The notes beneath the pieces were generated by a model. That model saw nothing but the letters and a program-made list of their open reading frames with translations. It did no database searches and had not been told where the DNA came from. Both the position numbers and the translations under genes were made by a program. Of a DNA stretch of 64,000 nt, positions 1 through 11,630 are shown piece after piece (position 1 is the stretch's first letter; every line of letters begins with the position of its first letter). This DNA comes from Candidatus Altiarchaeota archaeon (GTDB lineage Archaea; Altiarchaeota; Altiarchaeia; IMC4; QMZM01): positions 32,001 through 96,000 of the forward strand of contig JAFGDV010000012.1 of the NCBI GenBank assembly GCA_016931955.1, read 5' to 3'.

Positions 1-562
1 GAGGGGTGAGAGATTTATCATTTTAAGGTTTGTTTCATGGAAAGCAAGTCATGATATCGGACGTAAAGGTTTTGATATGGCAACAATCAAGGATTACGTG
101 AAGAAACTTGAGTCCTATGGCCGGGTTTTTATAACATCAGAGGCTACACTCACCCAAGACCTTGAAAAGTATAGGATTATGATAAATTCCGAAAAGATTC
201 ATGATCTGCTTTACTATGCCACAATGTATATCGGAGAAGGTGCTACAATGGCTTCTGAAGCAGCAATATTAGGGACACCTTCACTGTATGTAAATCCTCT
301 TCCTCTTGGCTATATCTCAGAAGAAAGCGAGAGATATGGTCTTGTCCATATATTCCCAAATCCAAAAGAAGGGCAGATAAATGCACTGCAAAAAGCATTA
401 GAACTCCTAGAAGACAAAAACTTAAAGAATGAATGGAAAGAGAAAAGAAAAAAACTTATTGAAGAAAAGATAGATGTAACACATTTCATAGTCGAGTTAA
501 TTGATAGATACCCTAAAAGTACACAAGAATATTTGAATACTGAGAATGGACATATACCCTAG
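1..562 (+). CDS. DUF354 family protein (GT-B-like), 5' truncated by window edge
   Basis: Frame is open upstream of the ORF-track ATG at 77 (RGERFIILRFVSWKASHDIG...). Contains the YIGEGATMASEAAILGTP motif typical of DUF354. Confidence 0.75.
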   Translation, partial: RGERFIILRFVSWKASHDIGRKGFDMATIKDYVKKLESYGRVFITSEATLTQDLEKYRIMINSEKIHDLLYYATMYIGEGATMASEAAILGTPSLYVNPLPLGYISEESERYGLVHIFPNPKEGQINALQKALELLEDKNLKNEWKEKRKKLIEEKIDVTHFIVELIDRYPKSTQEYLNTENGHIP

Positions 563-1886
563 CTTATTTAAACGGTTAGTTTTCCCATTAATGGAAAATA
601 TGTGCAGAACAGACATACAGAAACGTCTAAAATTTCTACAAGAAACACAATGGTGGGATAAATCAAAACTTGAGAAGCTACAAAACGAACGGCTTAGATC
701 ATTAATACATCATGCTTATGATAACGTGCCATATTATAGGAGATTGTTCAGAGAGACTAAACTGTCACCTACAGATATAAAGACAAAAGAAGATTTATCC
801 AAACTCCCAAGATTGACAAAGGAGATTATAAGGAAGAACCTAAAAGATATGCTTGCTACTAATATAGCAAAAACTTTTTTTGTTGAACGACACAGTAGTG
901 GATCCACAGGAGAACCGATGAAGTATTTCATAGACAAAAATTCGTATAGTGATGGTTGGGCTCAAACCTTCCGTTGTTGGAGTTGGGCTGGTTATGAGTT
1001 AGGAGAACCTTATGTAAAAGTAAGCCTTAATCCTCGCATGTCAAAGTTAAAACTTTTACAAGACAAACTGATGAACTGCACTTATATGTATGCCTCAGAC
1101 ATAAACGAAAATACGGTATATAAGAAGATAGATCAGATAAGGATGTCTAAATCAAAGATTATCAGGGGATATCCCTCATCGCTATATATAATGTCCAAGT
1201 ATATGGAAGATGCAGGCATCACAAATCTTCACATGGATGCTATTACAACAACCGGCGATATGCTTTTCCCGAAATATAGAAATATGATAGAATCTAAATT
1301 CCATTGTAAAGTTTTTGATGGTTATGGTGGTGAGAATATTGTTGTTTCTTTCGAGTGTGAAAAACATGATGGTTACCATATATGTGATGAACATGTAATC
1401 ACAGAAGTTTTAAGTAATGGTGAAGCGGTTGACTATGGAGAACTTGGTGAGATAACCTTGACTAGTTTATGCAATTACGCTATGCCGTTTATAAGATACG
1501 GAATCAATGATGTTGGTCGACCTAAAAAGAGCGAATGTCCATGTGGGCGAGGACTTAGTATGATGGAAGGGATAGAAGGTAGAGATACTGATATTATAGT
1601 TACACCAAAAGGGGACCTCATAGTCGTACATTTTTTCACAATACTCTTTGAGTATATTGAAGGTGTTACTCAATTTCAAGTAATTCAAGATAAAATTGAT
1701 AGATTGAGGGTTAAAATAGTTAAAAATGATAGGTTTACTGAGGTAGACATAGAGCACATAAAATCAAAGCTCTTGGAACTGATGGGAGAGAATGCAGAGG
1801 TATTAGTTGATATAGTTGATGAAATTCCATTGGCGAAATCAGGGAAACGGAGATTCGTAATATCCAAAGTACCATTAAAATTTTGA
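546..1886 (+). CDS. Phenylacetate-CoA ligase / CapK-like adenylate-forming enzyme
   Basis: HAYDNVPYYR, SSGSTGEP loop, YGGE, PFIRYGIND, GRDTD and SGKRRFV motifs; lies in a glycan cluster. Confidence 0.85.
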   Translation: MDIYPSLFKRLVFPLMENMCRTDIQKRLKFLQETQWWDKSKLEKLQNERLRSLIHHAYDNVPYYRRLFRETKLSPTDIKTKEDLSKLPRLTKEIIRKNLKDMLATNIAKTFFVERHSSGSTGEPMKYFIDKNSYSDGWAQTFRCWSWAGYELGEPYVKVSLNPRMSKLKLLQDKLMNCTYMYASDINENTVYKKIDQIRMSKSKIIRGYPSSLYIMSKYMEDAGITNLHMDAITTTGDMLFPKYRNMIESKFHCKVFDGYGGENIVVSFECEKHDGYHICDEHVITEVLSNGEAVDYGELGEITLTSLCNYAMPFIRYGINDVGRPKKSECPCGRGLSMMEGIEGRDTDIIVTPKGDLIVVHFFTILFEYIEGVTQFQVIQDKIDRLRVKIVKNDRFTEVDIEHIKSKLLELMGENAEVLVDIVDEIPLAKSGKRRFVISKVPLKF

Positions 1887-1892
1887 TTGATT

Positions 1893-2924
1893 ATGGCAAA
1901 GCTACACCATCCAAAAGTCAAAATTGGGCTAATCGCAAACTATGGAAGTGCAGGAGGGATATCCAGTCAAGTTGACTTACTCAACAAAAATCTGAGATTA
2001 GAAAATTTCGAAGTAACTCTGATATCAACAAGATCTAACTTATTTTTAAAGCCCTTTGTTTTGATATATACAATACTAAAGTCTCGCGAATGTGATGTGT
2101 TACATATACATGGTTGTTCGTGGTTTGGTTTCCTCCCTGTGGCCATGGGTGTCCTAGCAGGTAAGCTACTTAGGAAAAAAATCGTCATAACATACCATGG
2201 CGGAGAAGTAAGTGATTTTCTCGATAGATTCATGTTTGTATGCAAACCAATTTTATTTATCGCAAAGAAGATAACTGTCCCATCACAGTACCTCAAAAGC
2301 GTTTTTGATGAGCGTGGAATTAATGTGGATGTTGTCCCAAATATACTTGATATTGAGAATTTTCCTTACTGTAAAAGAAAGCAGATAAGGCCAAAACTGT
2401 TAATCGTGAAACACTTAGAGCAGGTATACAATATTAAGATGGGCATTATGGCATTTGGTATAGTAAAGAACAATTTCCCTGATGCAGAGCTTAAAATAGT
2501 TGGGTCAGGTTCACAAGAAAATAAGCTTAGAGCCCTTGTAAAAGAATTAGGTCTCAACGATAGTGTTTGCTTTTTAGGCGTGATAGACCACAATAAGATA
2601 GCAGGTATCTACAAAGAATCAGATATATTCCTCAACTGTTCAATTTTCGAGAGTTTTGGTATGGTTCTCTTAGAAGCAATGGCTTCTGGTTTACCTGTTG
2701 TTTCAACTAATGTGGGCGGCATACCATCGATAATAGAAGACCGCGTAAATGGCTTTTTAGTGGAACCAGACGACTATCAAGGGATGGCAAAAAGTATCAT
2801 ATCCCTCCTAGAAAATCAAGAAATAGTAAATAGAGTTGTTATCAATGGACGACAAAAATCTGAGGAGCATACATGGGAGGGGATAAGACAAAGCATAATA
2901 TCATTATATGAGTCAGATAACTAA
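1893..2924 (+). CDS. Glycosyltransferase family 4
   Basis: ESFGMVLLEAMASGLPVVSTNVGG motif; ATG at 1893 preferred over TTG at 1887. Confidence 0.9.
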   Translation: MAKLHHPKVKIGLIANYGSAGGISSQVDLLNKNLRLENFEVTLISTRSNLFLKPFVLIYTILKSRECDVLHIHGCSWFGFLPVAMGVLAGKLLRKKIVITYHGGEVSDFLDRFMFVCKPILFIAKKITVPSQYLKSVFDERGINVDVVPNILDIENFPYCKRKQIRPKLLIVKHLEQVYNIKMGIMAFGIVKNNFPDAELKIVGSGSQENKLRALVKELGLNDSVCFLGVIDHNKIAGIYKESDIFLNCSIFESFGMVLLEAMASGLPVVSTNVGGIPSIIEDRVNGFLVEPDDYQGMAKSIISLLENQEIVNRVVINGRQKSEEHTWEGIRQSIISLYESDN

Positions 2925-2926
2925 GA

Positions 2927-4663
2927 ATGCAACACAAAACAGAGTTACCCAAGTTAGGTAAAGAACATTTAATTTTACTAATGCTTGTCTTATTAAACGT
3001 AGCAATTAGGTTACCAGTAGTTCCACATGAGGTAGGATCCGACTCTTTTGTTTACCATGACATGGCGAAGAGTATTATTGATGATAAACAAGTAAAATGG
3101 ACGTTTTATTTCTGGGAACTTTTCTCGAAGGATTCATCTTCTCTGCCAGTTATAAGTTCTTTAAATTTAGCGATTTTATCCAAAGTCACAAGGTTGGATA
3201 TAGAGGGAATAATTTTGATATTCTCTGTATTCTTGGGCATAGTTGGAACTCTGTCCGCCTACCTCATGGCAAAAGAGCTAACTAAGAATACAAAAATAAG
3301 ATTACTTATAACATTCCTCTTCTCATTATCCCCTATCTATCTATCTATCACCATGTTTACAGTGTCTACAAGAGGCCTTAATATGGCGATTTTGCCTTTA
3401 TTAATCTGGTGTCTTCTTAGACTGCAGAATACTAAGAGAAGCATATACATAGTTCTTACAACATTTCTCTTCATGTTGTTTATTCCCATACATCATTCTT
3501 TTGTCTTAGTTTATTCCATTATAATGGCTTTTATAGCAGCCCATTTTTATTTCAAAGTTGTAGACAGAACAAAATCATTAAAGAAACGATTTCATTTACA
3601 TCTCCCAGTAGCATTATTTCTTATATTAATTGTTGTCACCATAGTATCGGCCTTCGTCTTAAACTATTTCTTGCATATGTTTTCACTCAATATATTACTC
3701 TTTATAACTCTCTTATTTGTTTTTTATGTGACATACGCTTTCAATGAGAATATCCATTACTTGTCCAATAGAACGCAGAGAATCTTGGATTTTCTGTATT
3801 TGTTTTTGCCTTTAATCTTAGTTGTTATGCTTCTATCACTTATACTTGTTCAGTTCTTCTCAGGTCTTGCATTTTTTGAGAAATTGAGGGGAGGTTACGA
3901 ACAGGGTTTGTTCTTTGAAGGGAGTTCTAGTTATATAATCTTTTTGAATATGTGCATAGACTATGGCAGTAGTGAGGGTATACTCTCACCTTTTGCAATT
4001 ATTGGTTTTCTCACGATGCTAGCGTCTGTCAATAAAAACAAGAATTATCTCTTCCTGTTTTTAGCGTTAATCTCAAGTTCTTTTTTACTTGTTTATGGAG
4101 AGTATATGACAATCTTTTTATTACCGTTATTTTCGATACTAACAGGTTATGGTTTAATGGCATTTGCATCGAAGCTAAGAAAACATAGAAAACTAATAAC
4201 TTCATTCTTTATTGTTTGTGTAGCTATATCATTGGTTTTCTCCAACTTTATGCTTTATCACTGGGTATTGTCAAAGAGAGATAGAGCAGGTAATACAGGA
4301 TGGCTACAGGAGAGAACAATACATGTCAGCTATTTTCTTGACAAGATGAATGGGTATGGAACCTCTATATTGACTAATGATGCCCTCTTTGCTCGGCAAA
4401 CAAAAACTATCCTCCAAAATACAGAAATTGGTGGGATGTATGAACTAACAAATCAACCATATGAAAGTCAACGTATGCTAAATCTAATTTCAGATGATAA
4501 GCTGAGGTACTTTATGAAAAACGAGAACATTCCTCAAGAAACAACAGGAGCTGAACGGTTATATCCTTCACCTTTTATTATGCGTATAGACCGGAATGAA
4601 GACAAAATTTATGATAATGGCTTTCAGGGGATATGGGATTTGTACAGATTGATGGAAAGTTAG
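2927..4663 (+). CDS. Polytopic membrane protein, GT-C-like or glycan polymerase candidate
   Basis: Many hydrophobic helices; N-terminal R-x-P...GSDSFVYH luminal-loop motif; C-terminal KIYDNG motif seen in archaeal membrane glycosylation proteins. Confidence 0.55.
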   Translation: MQHKTELPKLGKEHLILLMLVLLNVAIRLPVVPHEVGSDSFVYHDMAKSIIDDKQVKWTFYFWELFSKDSSSLPVISSLNLAILSKVTRLDIEGIILIFSVFLGIVGTLSAYLMAKELTKNTKIRLLITFLFSLSPIYLSITMFTVSTRGLNMAILPLLIWCLLRLQNTKRSIYIVLTTFLFMLFIPIHHSFVLVYSIIMAFIAAHFYFKVVDRTKSLKKRFHLHLPVALFLILIVVTIVSAFVLNYFLHMFSLNILLFITLLFVFYVTYAFNENIHYLSNRTQRILDFLYLFLPLILVVMLLSLILVQFFSGLAFFEKLRGGYEQGLFFEGSSSYIIFLNMCIDYGSSEGILSPFAIIGFLTMLASVNKNKNYLFLFLALISSSFLLVYGEYMTIFLLPLFSILTGYGLMAFASKLRKHRKLITSFFIVCVAISLVFSNFMLYHWVLSKRDRAGNTGWLQERTIHVSYFLDKMNGYGTSILTNDALFARQTKTILQNTEIGGMYELTNQPYESQRMLNLISDDKLRYFMKNENIPQETTGAERLYPSPFIMRIDRNEDKIYDNGFQGIWDLYRLMES

Positions 4664-4669
4664 ATTAAT

Positions 4670-5698
4670 ATGGATACTACAGTATCAATTGTTACGTTAT
4701 GCGATACAGATCCGGATAGATCTCGTTATGGTGGAGTGCATATCAACAAGAGGATAGAACCTACTTGGCGAGGAGTAACCGACGGGGTGCCTAAACTAAC
4801 AAAAGTATTTGATTCAATCAATAAAGAAAAACCTAAAATTACTTGGTTTCTTAGATCAGATGACCAGATGAAAACTCTCTATGGAGAGTCTGTAGGTCCA
4901 ATTAAGGTGTTAATGGATGTGTTGGTAGAATTTAAGGATAGAGGTGATGAGATTGGTTGGCATCCTCACTTATGGAGATGGGATGAGAAGTTTGATATTT
5001 GGCATCAAGAAACCGATGATTTAGAATGGATTGATATATGTTTAGGTGAGGGTTATAAAGGATTAAATAAGTATTTTGATTTACATATTGTTAGGATGGG
5101 GTGGGATTTTCACTCTAATTCTACAATGATTAAATGTGACAAGTTAGGTCTTAAAGCTGACTTTTCGGCTTTGCCCGGGCTTAGAAACTTGGAATATGTT
5201 CATAAAAAAAGTAAACTCTTACAAAATACGTATGATTGGAATATAACACAAGAAGATCCATATAGACCTTCCACATCTGACTACAGGAGACCCGCTATTA
5301 ACTGTGAAGATTCGCTAAGTATTTTAGAATTTCCAGTTACAGTATTTGAGATTCCACTATATTTATATGTGCTAAAATCAATAAAAAATTTTTCTTTTGA
5401 TTACAGACTGCGGAAGAGTGTTATGCGGATAACCAAGGATCCTGCATTTTTTGAACCTGGAGCTAGAATGGTTTTCAAAAGAGCTAAGGAAAAAAAGGCT
5501 CCTAGTTTTATGTGCTCATATTTTCACCCAGATGAACTTCTACCGTTAAGGGGATTATTTTCCATCTCAAATTTCAAACGCAATTTAGAGATTATTGACA
5601 AACTATCAAGAGAATACAACGTAGGCTACAAATTTCTTACTGCTTCAGAAGCGGTTGAAAACTTTGTTACATACTCTGGTAAACAAAGTAGTTGTTAG
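4670..5698 (+). CDS. Polysaccharide deacetylase-like (NodB/CE4 fold) protein
   Basis: CDTD, KITWF, DEIGWHPH, RMGW and YFHPDE motifs. Confidence 0.65.
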   Translation: MDTTVSIVTLCDTDPDRSRYGGVHINKRIEPTWRGVTDGVPKLTKVFDSINKEKPKITWFLRSDDQMKTLYGESVGPIKVLMDVLVEFKDRGDEIGWHPHLWRWDEKFDIWHQETDDLEWIDICLGEGYKGLNKYFDLHIVRMGWDFHSNSTMIKCDKLGLKADFSALPGLRNLEYVHKKSKLLQNTYDWNITQEDPYRPSTSDYRRPAINCEDSLSILEFPVTVFEIPLYLYVLKSIKNFSFDYRLRKSVMRITKDPAFFEPGARMVFKRAKEKKAPSFMCSYFHPDELLPLRGLFSISNFKRNLEIIDKLSREYNVGYKFLTASEAVENFVTYSGKQSSC

Positions 5699-6853
5699 GT
5701 TGTATATGGACACAAAAAAGGGTAATGGGTCATCTAAAGCCAACACAGCAAATATCTTTTTTCCTCTGATGGAGTGCAACCAACCCCTCCAAGTTAACTT
5801 TTTTTCACATAGCAGTTTGTAGGCTGATTTGAAATCATTAATCAAATAAATCCATTTAACACGATCTTCTTGAGAATTTATAGGAGGATTATCCTTCCCA
5901 GTTATGTCAATATATGCTATGTAAGGCACATTAAGACCACACTTCGTCGATAACCTGTTCTGCCAGCCAGTTCGGGGATTTACTTCAATAAGCTTGAATT
6001 CGCCGCTAGCAGCATCCTTCTTAAATTCCACATCAGCGATTCCATTATACCCAATCGCACTCAAAAAGGAAGTTGCAAATTCTGATATCTCTGGAACCCA
6101 GATACTCTCACACAAAGCACCATTACCAAAACGATGAGGCCATTGGCGTATTCTTTTAAAAGTGAAAGTTGCTAATGGTTTAAAATTTTTGTTCATATAT
6201 AAATGGGCTAGATACATCATATCATCACCACCCGGCACTATCTCTTGTAATAGTACTTCATAACCCTTTCGACGTGCCTTCACATATCCGTCTAAGAGTT
6301 CCTCTTGGGAGTATGCTTCGAAGACTTTTACACCAAACTCTTCTACAAAACTCGCTGAATGACTTGGTTTGATTATACAAGGATAATCAATCTCCTCACT
6401 GATTTTCTTAAGATCCTGATCATCTCTCGGAAAATAGGTTTTTGGGTGGGGCACAGAACTTTTAGCTAAAGATTTATAGAAGTCAGCTTTATTCACAAGT
6501 TGTTCAATAACTTTAGGCTTACCAATAACAAAATCAAAATATTTTTCTAACCGCATCTGATGTTTAGAAAGAACAACAACACTTATGTCCCCTGTGGGAA
6601 ATAATACCGCTCTTTTATCTTCTAAACCAAGGGATAACAAAAAGTTTATAAAAACTTCTTCCGAAACTAATGGATTTGGTGATATTAATTTCCTTCCGAA
6701 TCGGGAGTATAGCCCCACAGCTCTTTTATCCCATGTAACACCGATAACAGGGACTTTTTGTTCACTAAGACTTCGCAAGACGCCTAGACCATTAAGGCCT
6801 AATTCAATTACTATTGCTGGAGGTTTACTTGAGACTTCCTTTATTTTTTCCAT
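5645..6853 (-). CDS. ATP-grasp carboxylate-amine ligase (D-aspartate-ligase-like)
   Basis: NGLGVLRSL, YPCIIKP, LLQEIVPG, DVEFKKD and LIEVNPR motifs. Confidence 0.85.
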   Translation of the reverse strand: MEKIKEVSSKPPAIVIELGLNGLGVLRSLSEQKVPVIGVTWDKRAVGLYSRFGRKLISPNPLVSEEVFINFLLSLGLEDKRAVLFPTGDISVVVLSKHQMRLEKYFDFVIGKPKVIEQLVNKADFYKSLAKSSVPHPKTYFPRDDQDLKKISEEIDYPCIIKPSHSASFVEEFGVKVFEAYSQEELLDGYVKARRKGYEVLLQEIVPGGDDMMYLAHLYMNKNFKPLATFTFKRIRQWPHRFGNGALCESIWVPEISEFATSFLSAIGYNGIADVEFKKDAASGEFKLIEVNPRTGWQNRLSTKCGLNVPYIAYIDITGKDNPPINSQEDRVKWIYLINDFKSAYKLLCEKKLTWRGWLHSIRGKKIFAVLALDDPLPFFVSIYNLTTTLFTRVCNKVFNRF

Positions 6854-6945
6854 TATGGCATACTAAGGGTTTTATAGCCTATAGGGATATATTATTGTCT
6901 AATACCCTTATTCTATTATCAAAAGAATAGATATATTTAACCAAC

Positions 6946-8106
6946 ATGAAACTAGCTCTTCTTGGACCTTATCCTCTAGATGCCAAAAACATTCAGGGAG
7001 GCGCACATGCCCACATATACGCATTAACTGAGCACTTTAGACACTATGCAGATTTATACGTACACGTCATTACTATATCACCAGAACTGGAGGACGATAA
7101 AACAATTGTGAAGGATAACATCACAGTACATTATATAGCCTCAAAAGGGCCCTTTAGATTGTTATCTGCCCTTACAACAGATCGGAAGAGGATAATCAAG
7201 AAAACAAAGGAAATCAATCCAGATATTGTCCATGCCCATTGTACCGTCTCGTATGGATTCCCAGCGAGCTCATTATCTAAGAAATTTCCAACAATCATGA
7301 CAGTCCATGGAATAAGTTCTGAGGAGATAAAGACGTTTAATGGGCTTTCAAAGTATCCTAAATGGATCATAGAAACAATAATTGAGAGACACGTACTAAA
7401 AAAGATAAAGGATATAATCGTCGTATCGCATTATGCTAGTGGAAAAATCGAACCATTATGTAGAAAAAACAAGATTTATATAATACCTGTAGGAATTAAT
7501 CGAGATTTTTTTGAGATAAAAAATAACGAAAAAAAAGGTGAACTATTATTCGTTGGTGGTATAGAACCAAGAAAAGGTTTATTATACCTCTTCAAGTCTG
7601 TGAAAATCATGAAAGAGATCATCCCCACAATAAGGCTACATGTCGTAGGTAGAGTTCGAAAAAAAGGGTATTATAATAGACTTAGGGGATATGTGGATAC
7701 AAATGACCTAACGGAGAACATAAGGTTTCTTGGCTCCTTAGATAAAGAGGGGCTTAAGATGAGATATAGTGAATGTTCAGTATTTGTTCTCCCCTCCCAA
7801 GAAGAATCTTTGGGTTTAGTTCTTGTGGAGGCCATGGCAGCTGGAAAGCCTGTTGTGGCTTCAGGTATTGGGGGAATACCTGATGTAGTTGATAATAATG
7901 AAAATGGTTTTTTAGTTGAATACGGAAACTCAAAACAACTTGCTGAAAGGATTACTGTACTATTAAACGATAAAAATCTAAGAGAGACCATGGGTACGAA
8001 AGGTCGTGAGAAAGCCAAAGAATTCAAAAATGAGGTTATTGCTAAACAGATATATGATTTATACAATAATATATTAGGTGAGTGCATTCATGGAAAAAAG
8101 AGTTAA
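6946..8106 (+). CDS. Glycosyltransferase family 4
   Basis: [25 protein letters not shown] motif. Confidence 0.9.
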   Translation: MKLALLGPYPLDAKNIQGGAHAHIYALTEHFRHYADLYVHVITISPELEDDKTIVKDNITVHYIASKGPFRLLSALTTDRKRIIKKTKEINPDIVHAHCTVSYGFPASSLSKKFPTIMTVHGISSEEIKTFNGLSKYPKWIIETIIERHVLKKIKDIIVVSHYASGKIEPLCRKNKIYIIPVGINRDFFEIKNNEKKGELLFVGGIEPRKGLLYLFKSVKIMKEIIPTIRLHVVGRVRKKGYYNRLRGYVDTNDLTENIRFLGSLDKEGLKMRYSECSVFVLPSQEESLGLVLVEAMAAGKPVVASGIGGIPDVVDNNENGFLVEYGNSKQLAERITVLLNDKNLRETMGTKGREKAKEFKNEVIAKQIYDLYNNILGECIHGKKS

Positions 8107-8605
8107 TAGTTTAGCACATATCCTGTATTTTTTAGTTAAACCGATACCAAGTATTATCGGCAATAAACTTCGATATCTTGTAGCCCGAACTTTCAATAAG
8201 GATTTTGGCAAAGGGGTTGTCATAAGAAAAAATACTTTTCTCGACGTCAAAAACATTAAAATAGGGGATTATGTTTCGATTGATGAAGGTTGTGTGTTTA
8301 CATCCATTAGAGGGGGAAAAATTGAGATAGGGAACTATACAATAATATCTTCTAGAGTCAAGTTCTACCCTATGAGTTTTAAATTCGATTCAAGAGACGA
8401 ATTAATCAAAAATCAGGGAGCTAATAGAAAGCCGATAATTGTTGGTAGAGATGTGTGGATTGGTGCAGATTCTATCATCTTAGGTGGTGTTAAGATAGGC
8501 GATGGAACGATAGTTGGGGCGGGATCAGTAGTTTCAAAGGATATTCCAGCATACGCTGTTGTCGTGGGTAATCCGGCCAGGATTATAAGGGAAAGAGGCA
8601 CATGA
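8090..8605 (+). CDS. Hexapeptide-repeat sugar acyltransferase
   Basis: [28 protein letters not shown]...GNPARII; ATG at 8090 follows a GGTGA ribosome-binding site. Confidence 0.85.
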   Translation: MEKRVNSLAHILYFLVKPIPSIIGNKLRYLVARTFNKDFGKGVVIRKNTFLDVKNIKIGDYVSIDEGCVFTSIRGGKIEIGNYTIISSRVKFYPMSFKFDSRDELIKNQGANRKPIIVGRDVWIGADSIILGGVKIGDGTIVGAGSVVSKDIPAYAVVVGNPARIIRERGT

Positions 8606-8650
8606 TAATAAGTTAAAGCAGTATGTGAGAATAGTCACTCTAGTGGTTAT

Positions 8651-9214
8651 ATGAAAATAAAGAAGAAGCATATCATCAAATTACTAAATGAGATGAACCC
8701 TCTTAATGAGTTCCCTCATTTAATTTACGCATGCGTTAAGTGGATTCCGTATACAATTGGCAGTTATCTCAGAGTTTTGGTCGCAAAAATATTTTTGAAA
8801 GATGTTGGCAGTGGCGTCTATATCCGAAAGAATGCAGTATTTGATTTTAAGTACATCAAGATTGGGGATGGCGTCTTGCTTGGAGAAGACTGTATTTTGG
8901 CTGCTCGAGTTGGTGGGGAAATTGTCATAGGCGATAATTCATTGATTGGCGGGCGGGTTAAGTTTTATACAATTAACCATAAATTCGACGACCCATGTAA
9001 ATTGATTAAGAACCAGGGTGTGGTGTATGGCCCTATCCTTATCGGGTCTGATGTGTGGATTGGTGCAGATTCTATCATCTTAGGCGGAGTTAGGATAGGG
9101 GATGGAGCAGTTGTGGGCGCAGGTTCTGTAGTTACAAAAGACGTACCACCATACACAGTGGTTGCTGGAAATCCAGCAAAAAAAATAAAGTCTAGGGATA
9201 GATCACAGAACTGA
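8651..9214 (+). CDS. Hexapeptide-repeat sugar acyltransferase (tandem paralogue)
   Basis: NHKF...[44 protein letters not shown]. Confidence 0.9.
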   Translation: MKIKKKHIIKLLNEMNPLNEFPHLIYACVKWIPYTIGSYLRVLVAKIFLKDVGSGVYIRKNAVFDFKYIKIGDGVLLGEDCILAARVGGEIVIGDNSLIGGRVKFYTINHKFDDPCKLIKNQGVVYGPILIGSDVWIGADSIILGGVRIGDGAVVGAGSVVTKDVPPYTVVAGNPAKKIKSRDRSQN

Positions 9215-10357
9215 TGAGTAGATTTTTTCAATAACTTCAATACGTTTAGCCCACGTGAAATTACTGTTCACTCGTCTGACACCATTAGCACCCATTTTCT
9301 TGGGTAGGATATCATCATCAAGCAGCTCATCAATCTTATTAGCTAACTCTATATGATTTTCAGGTCTTACCAAGAAACCTGTTTCTCCATCCCTCACTAC
9401 CTCGGGTATAGCCCCTACTTGGGCGGATACAACCGGCAGACCACATGCCATTGCCTCTGCGAGAACGATACCAAAGCTCTCTATCCTAGATGGCATGACA
9501 AATACAGATGCCTTATTTAGTAATTGCACTATCTCCTTTTGTTGTAGAAAGCCATGGAAATTAACTTTTCTAGTTAAGCCCTCTTTTGCGCATATGTTTT
9601 TGAGGTGACTTTTGTAGTTCTTGGCTCCTTCTCGCCCAACAATATCAAGGAATGTGTTGGGGTGATTTTTTAGGACTTCCTTGAACGCAAAAAGTAGAGT
9701 GTCTATACCTTTTTGAGGTTCCAATCGTCCCACTGTTATTATTCGCTGTTCTCGTTCTAATCCAAAGTCCTTGAAAACAAAAGTATCGACACCAGGATAT
9801 GCGACTTCTATCTTGTTTTCGTTAATCTTATAAATCTTCTTCAATTCCTCTTTACTGTATCTACTCGGAACAATTGCTTTTGTGCTTAATTTTGTGGCTT
9901 GCTTGTCTAGATGCAAATGCAATGACCATCGTATAGCCTTATGGTTAAGTATTCCCTCTTTTCTTATGTCTGTAAGAGAGTAGGGATAAAGACGTGGATA
10001 ATGTACTTCATGAACCAAGGGTTTCTTTTTTAATTTCGCCCAGAAATTGGTTAGAATCATCTCAGGTTTTGCGCCATGTATTATGTCAATGTTTCTGATA
10101 TTAATCGATTTTCTCCACCAAGAGACTGCTGAACGCACATCTAATGGCCTGAATCCAGTGAACTTAGATGCTGAATAGAATATTATGCCGTCTATCTTAG
10201 GTAGAGCAATATACGATTGCTTGGGTAGAACCACATCCAGAGTGTGACCTCTTTTTGCAAGTTCTTCCATCGTTTTCCACAGAACAATCTCTCCACCTCC
10301 GACGCCACTTTCAGTTGGTGTGCCTGCTACGAACATCAGGATTTTATAGGTCTCCAT
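9203..10357 (-). CDS. Glycosyltransferase family 4
   Basis: GRLEPQKG and [18 protein letters not shown] motifs. Confidence 0.9.
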   Translation of the reverse strand: METYKILMFVAGTPTESGVGGGEIVLWKTMEELAKRGHTLDVVLPKQSYIALPKIDGIIFYSASKFTGFRPLDVRSAVSWWRKSINIRNIDIIHGAKPEMILTNFWAKLKKKPLVHEVHYPRLYPYSLTDIRKEGILNHKAIRWSLHLHLDKQATKLSTKAIVPSRYSKEELKKIYKINENKIEVAYPGVDTFVFKDFGLEREQRIITVGRLEPQKGIDTLLFAFKEVLKNHPNTFLDIVGREGAKNYKSHLKNICAKEGLTRKVNFHGFLQQKEIVQLLNKASVFVMPSRIESFGIVLAEAMACGLPVVSAQVGAIPEVVRDGETGFLVRPENHIELANKIDELLDDDILPKKMGANGVRRVNSNFTWAKRIEVIEKIYSSVL

Positions 10358-10361
10358 TATC

Positions 10362-11516
10362 TTAGACTAATTTTTCATATTCTTTTATGGCTTTTTTGGC
10401 TATTATTCCCCAGTCATAGTCTTTTATGATTTTCTTGGACTCTTCACCCATCTTCTTTAGAAGATTTTTCTCGTAAACCGTTATCACGGCTTCTGATATT
10501 GCATTACAGTCTGCTGTGGGCACCAACAACCCATTAACGCCATCTTTGACTACCTGCGGGTTCTCAGACGTGTTGGTCGCTATTACTGGAAGTTCAACGC
10601 TCATCGCCTCTAGAATAACGAGCGGAAGCCCTTCATAGAGAGTGGGTGTCACCGACAAATCTGCAAGTTTATAGTAGTTAAAGAGGAGTTCATCGTCGAC
10701 ATTTCTAAAATGTTTTATTATGTCTCCCAGACCAAGTTTTTTTATCAGTGAGTAGACTCTTTCTTCATCAGTTCCGGTTCCGACAAGTATCAGTTTAACG
10801 TTTTCTATCTCTTTTCTAATCTTATCAAGAGCCTCTATTAGATAGTATACCCCCTTCACTTTTTCTATCCTATTCACATTTATGATGATAAAGTCATCAT
10901 CTTTAAGCCCTAAGTCCTCTCTCGTCACAGAAGCTTTAGATACGTATTCTTCTATTTGGGAAAGATCAACGCCATCAGGTATGTTGAATATCTTCTTTCT
11001 TTCGACATCGAAAAGTTCTGCTATTTCTCTAGCTTGTAATTCTCCTTCAGAGGCTATGGCTTCTGATCTGTTCATACAAATTTTTAGTGGATAGTTAACT
11101 GGCGTCAAGAAAAACCTGTTTTTAAAGCCCTTCGCTTTATACCATTCGTTACCAAATGCTTGGACTACTATTGGTTTCCTGTTTTTTGACAGTATGTAGG
11201 GAAATGATGTTATCTCGTAGGCGTGCAGTATATCAAATTCTTTCTTTTTCAGGTATTTGGACAGATTTATGTTGAAGTGGTGGTATGTTCTATAGAATCT
11301 GAATCCTCGACCGTATTGAACTCTTGGAGAGATAAAACGATATTTTACACCATCAAGATTTTCTGTCTTTTTTCTGCCTTCTTTTTCTGGTGAAGAGATT
11401 ACTTCGACGTCAACTCCTTGTTCTGCTATGTGTTTCGCAAGGAAATAGACGTATCTTTCCATCCCCCCATATCCATGGAAGGGGAAAACCCACCTAGAGG
11501 ACATCATAACTTTCAT
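10362..11516 (-). CDS. Glycosyltransferase family 4
   Basis: GGMERY and EGLPLVILEAMSVELPVI motifs. Confidence 0.9.
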   Translation of the reverse strand: MKVMMSSRWVFPFHGYGGMERYVYFLAKHIAEQGVDVEVISSPEKEGRKKTENLDGVKYRFISPRVQYGRGFRFYRTYHHFNINLSKYLKKKEFDILHAYEITSFPYILSKNRKPIVVQAFGNEWYKAKGFKNRFFLTPVNYPLKICMNRSEAIASEGELQAREIAELFDVERKKIFNIPDGVDLSQIEEYVSKASVTREDLGLKDDDFIIINVNRIEKVKGVYYLIEALDKIRKEIENVKLILVGTGTDEERVYSLIKKLGLGDIIKHFRNVDDELLFNYYKLADLSVTPTLYEGLPLVILEAMSVELPVIATNTSENPQVVKDGVNGLLVPTADCNAISEAVITVYEKNLLKKMGEESKKIIKDYDWGIIAKKAIKEYEKLV

Positions 11517-11630
11517 CCTATCGTGATATGCCTATATGTTATAACTAATATTGTATATTGTCATCTATTAGCATTTGTTAAAGTATCTATATTACATATA
11601 TACAACATACCACATAGGTTAAATAATAAA

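Noticed and set aside
11418-11630. N-terminal extensions in the ORF track (also 29052, 44492, 45289, 48063 and 49099 starts)
   Set aside because: Homology motifs begin at downstream ATGs, and the extensions overlap neighbouring genes or promoters
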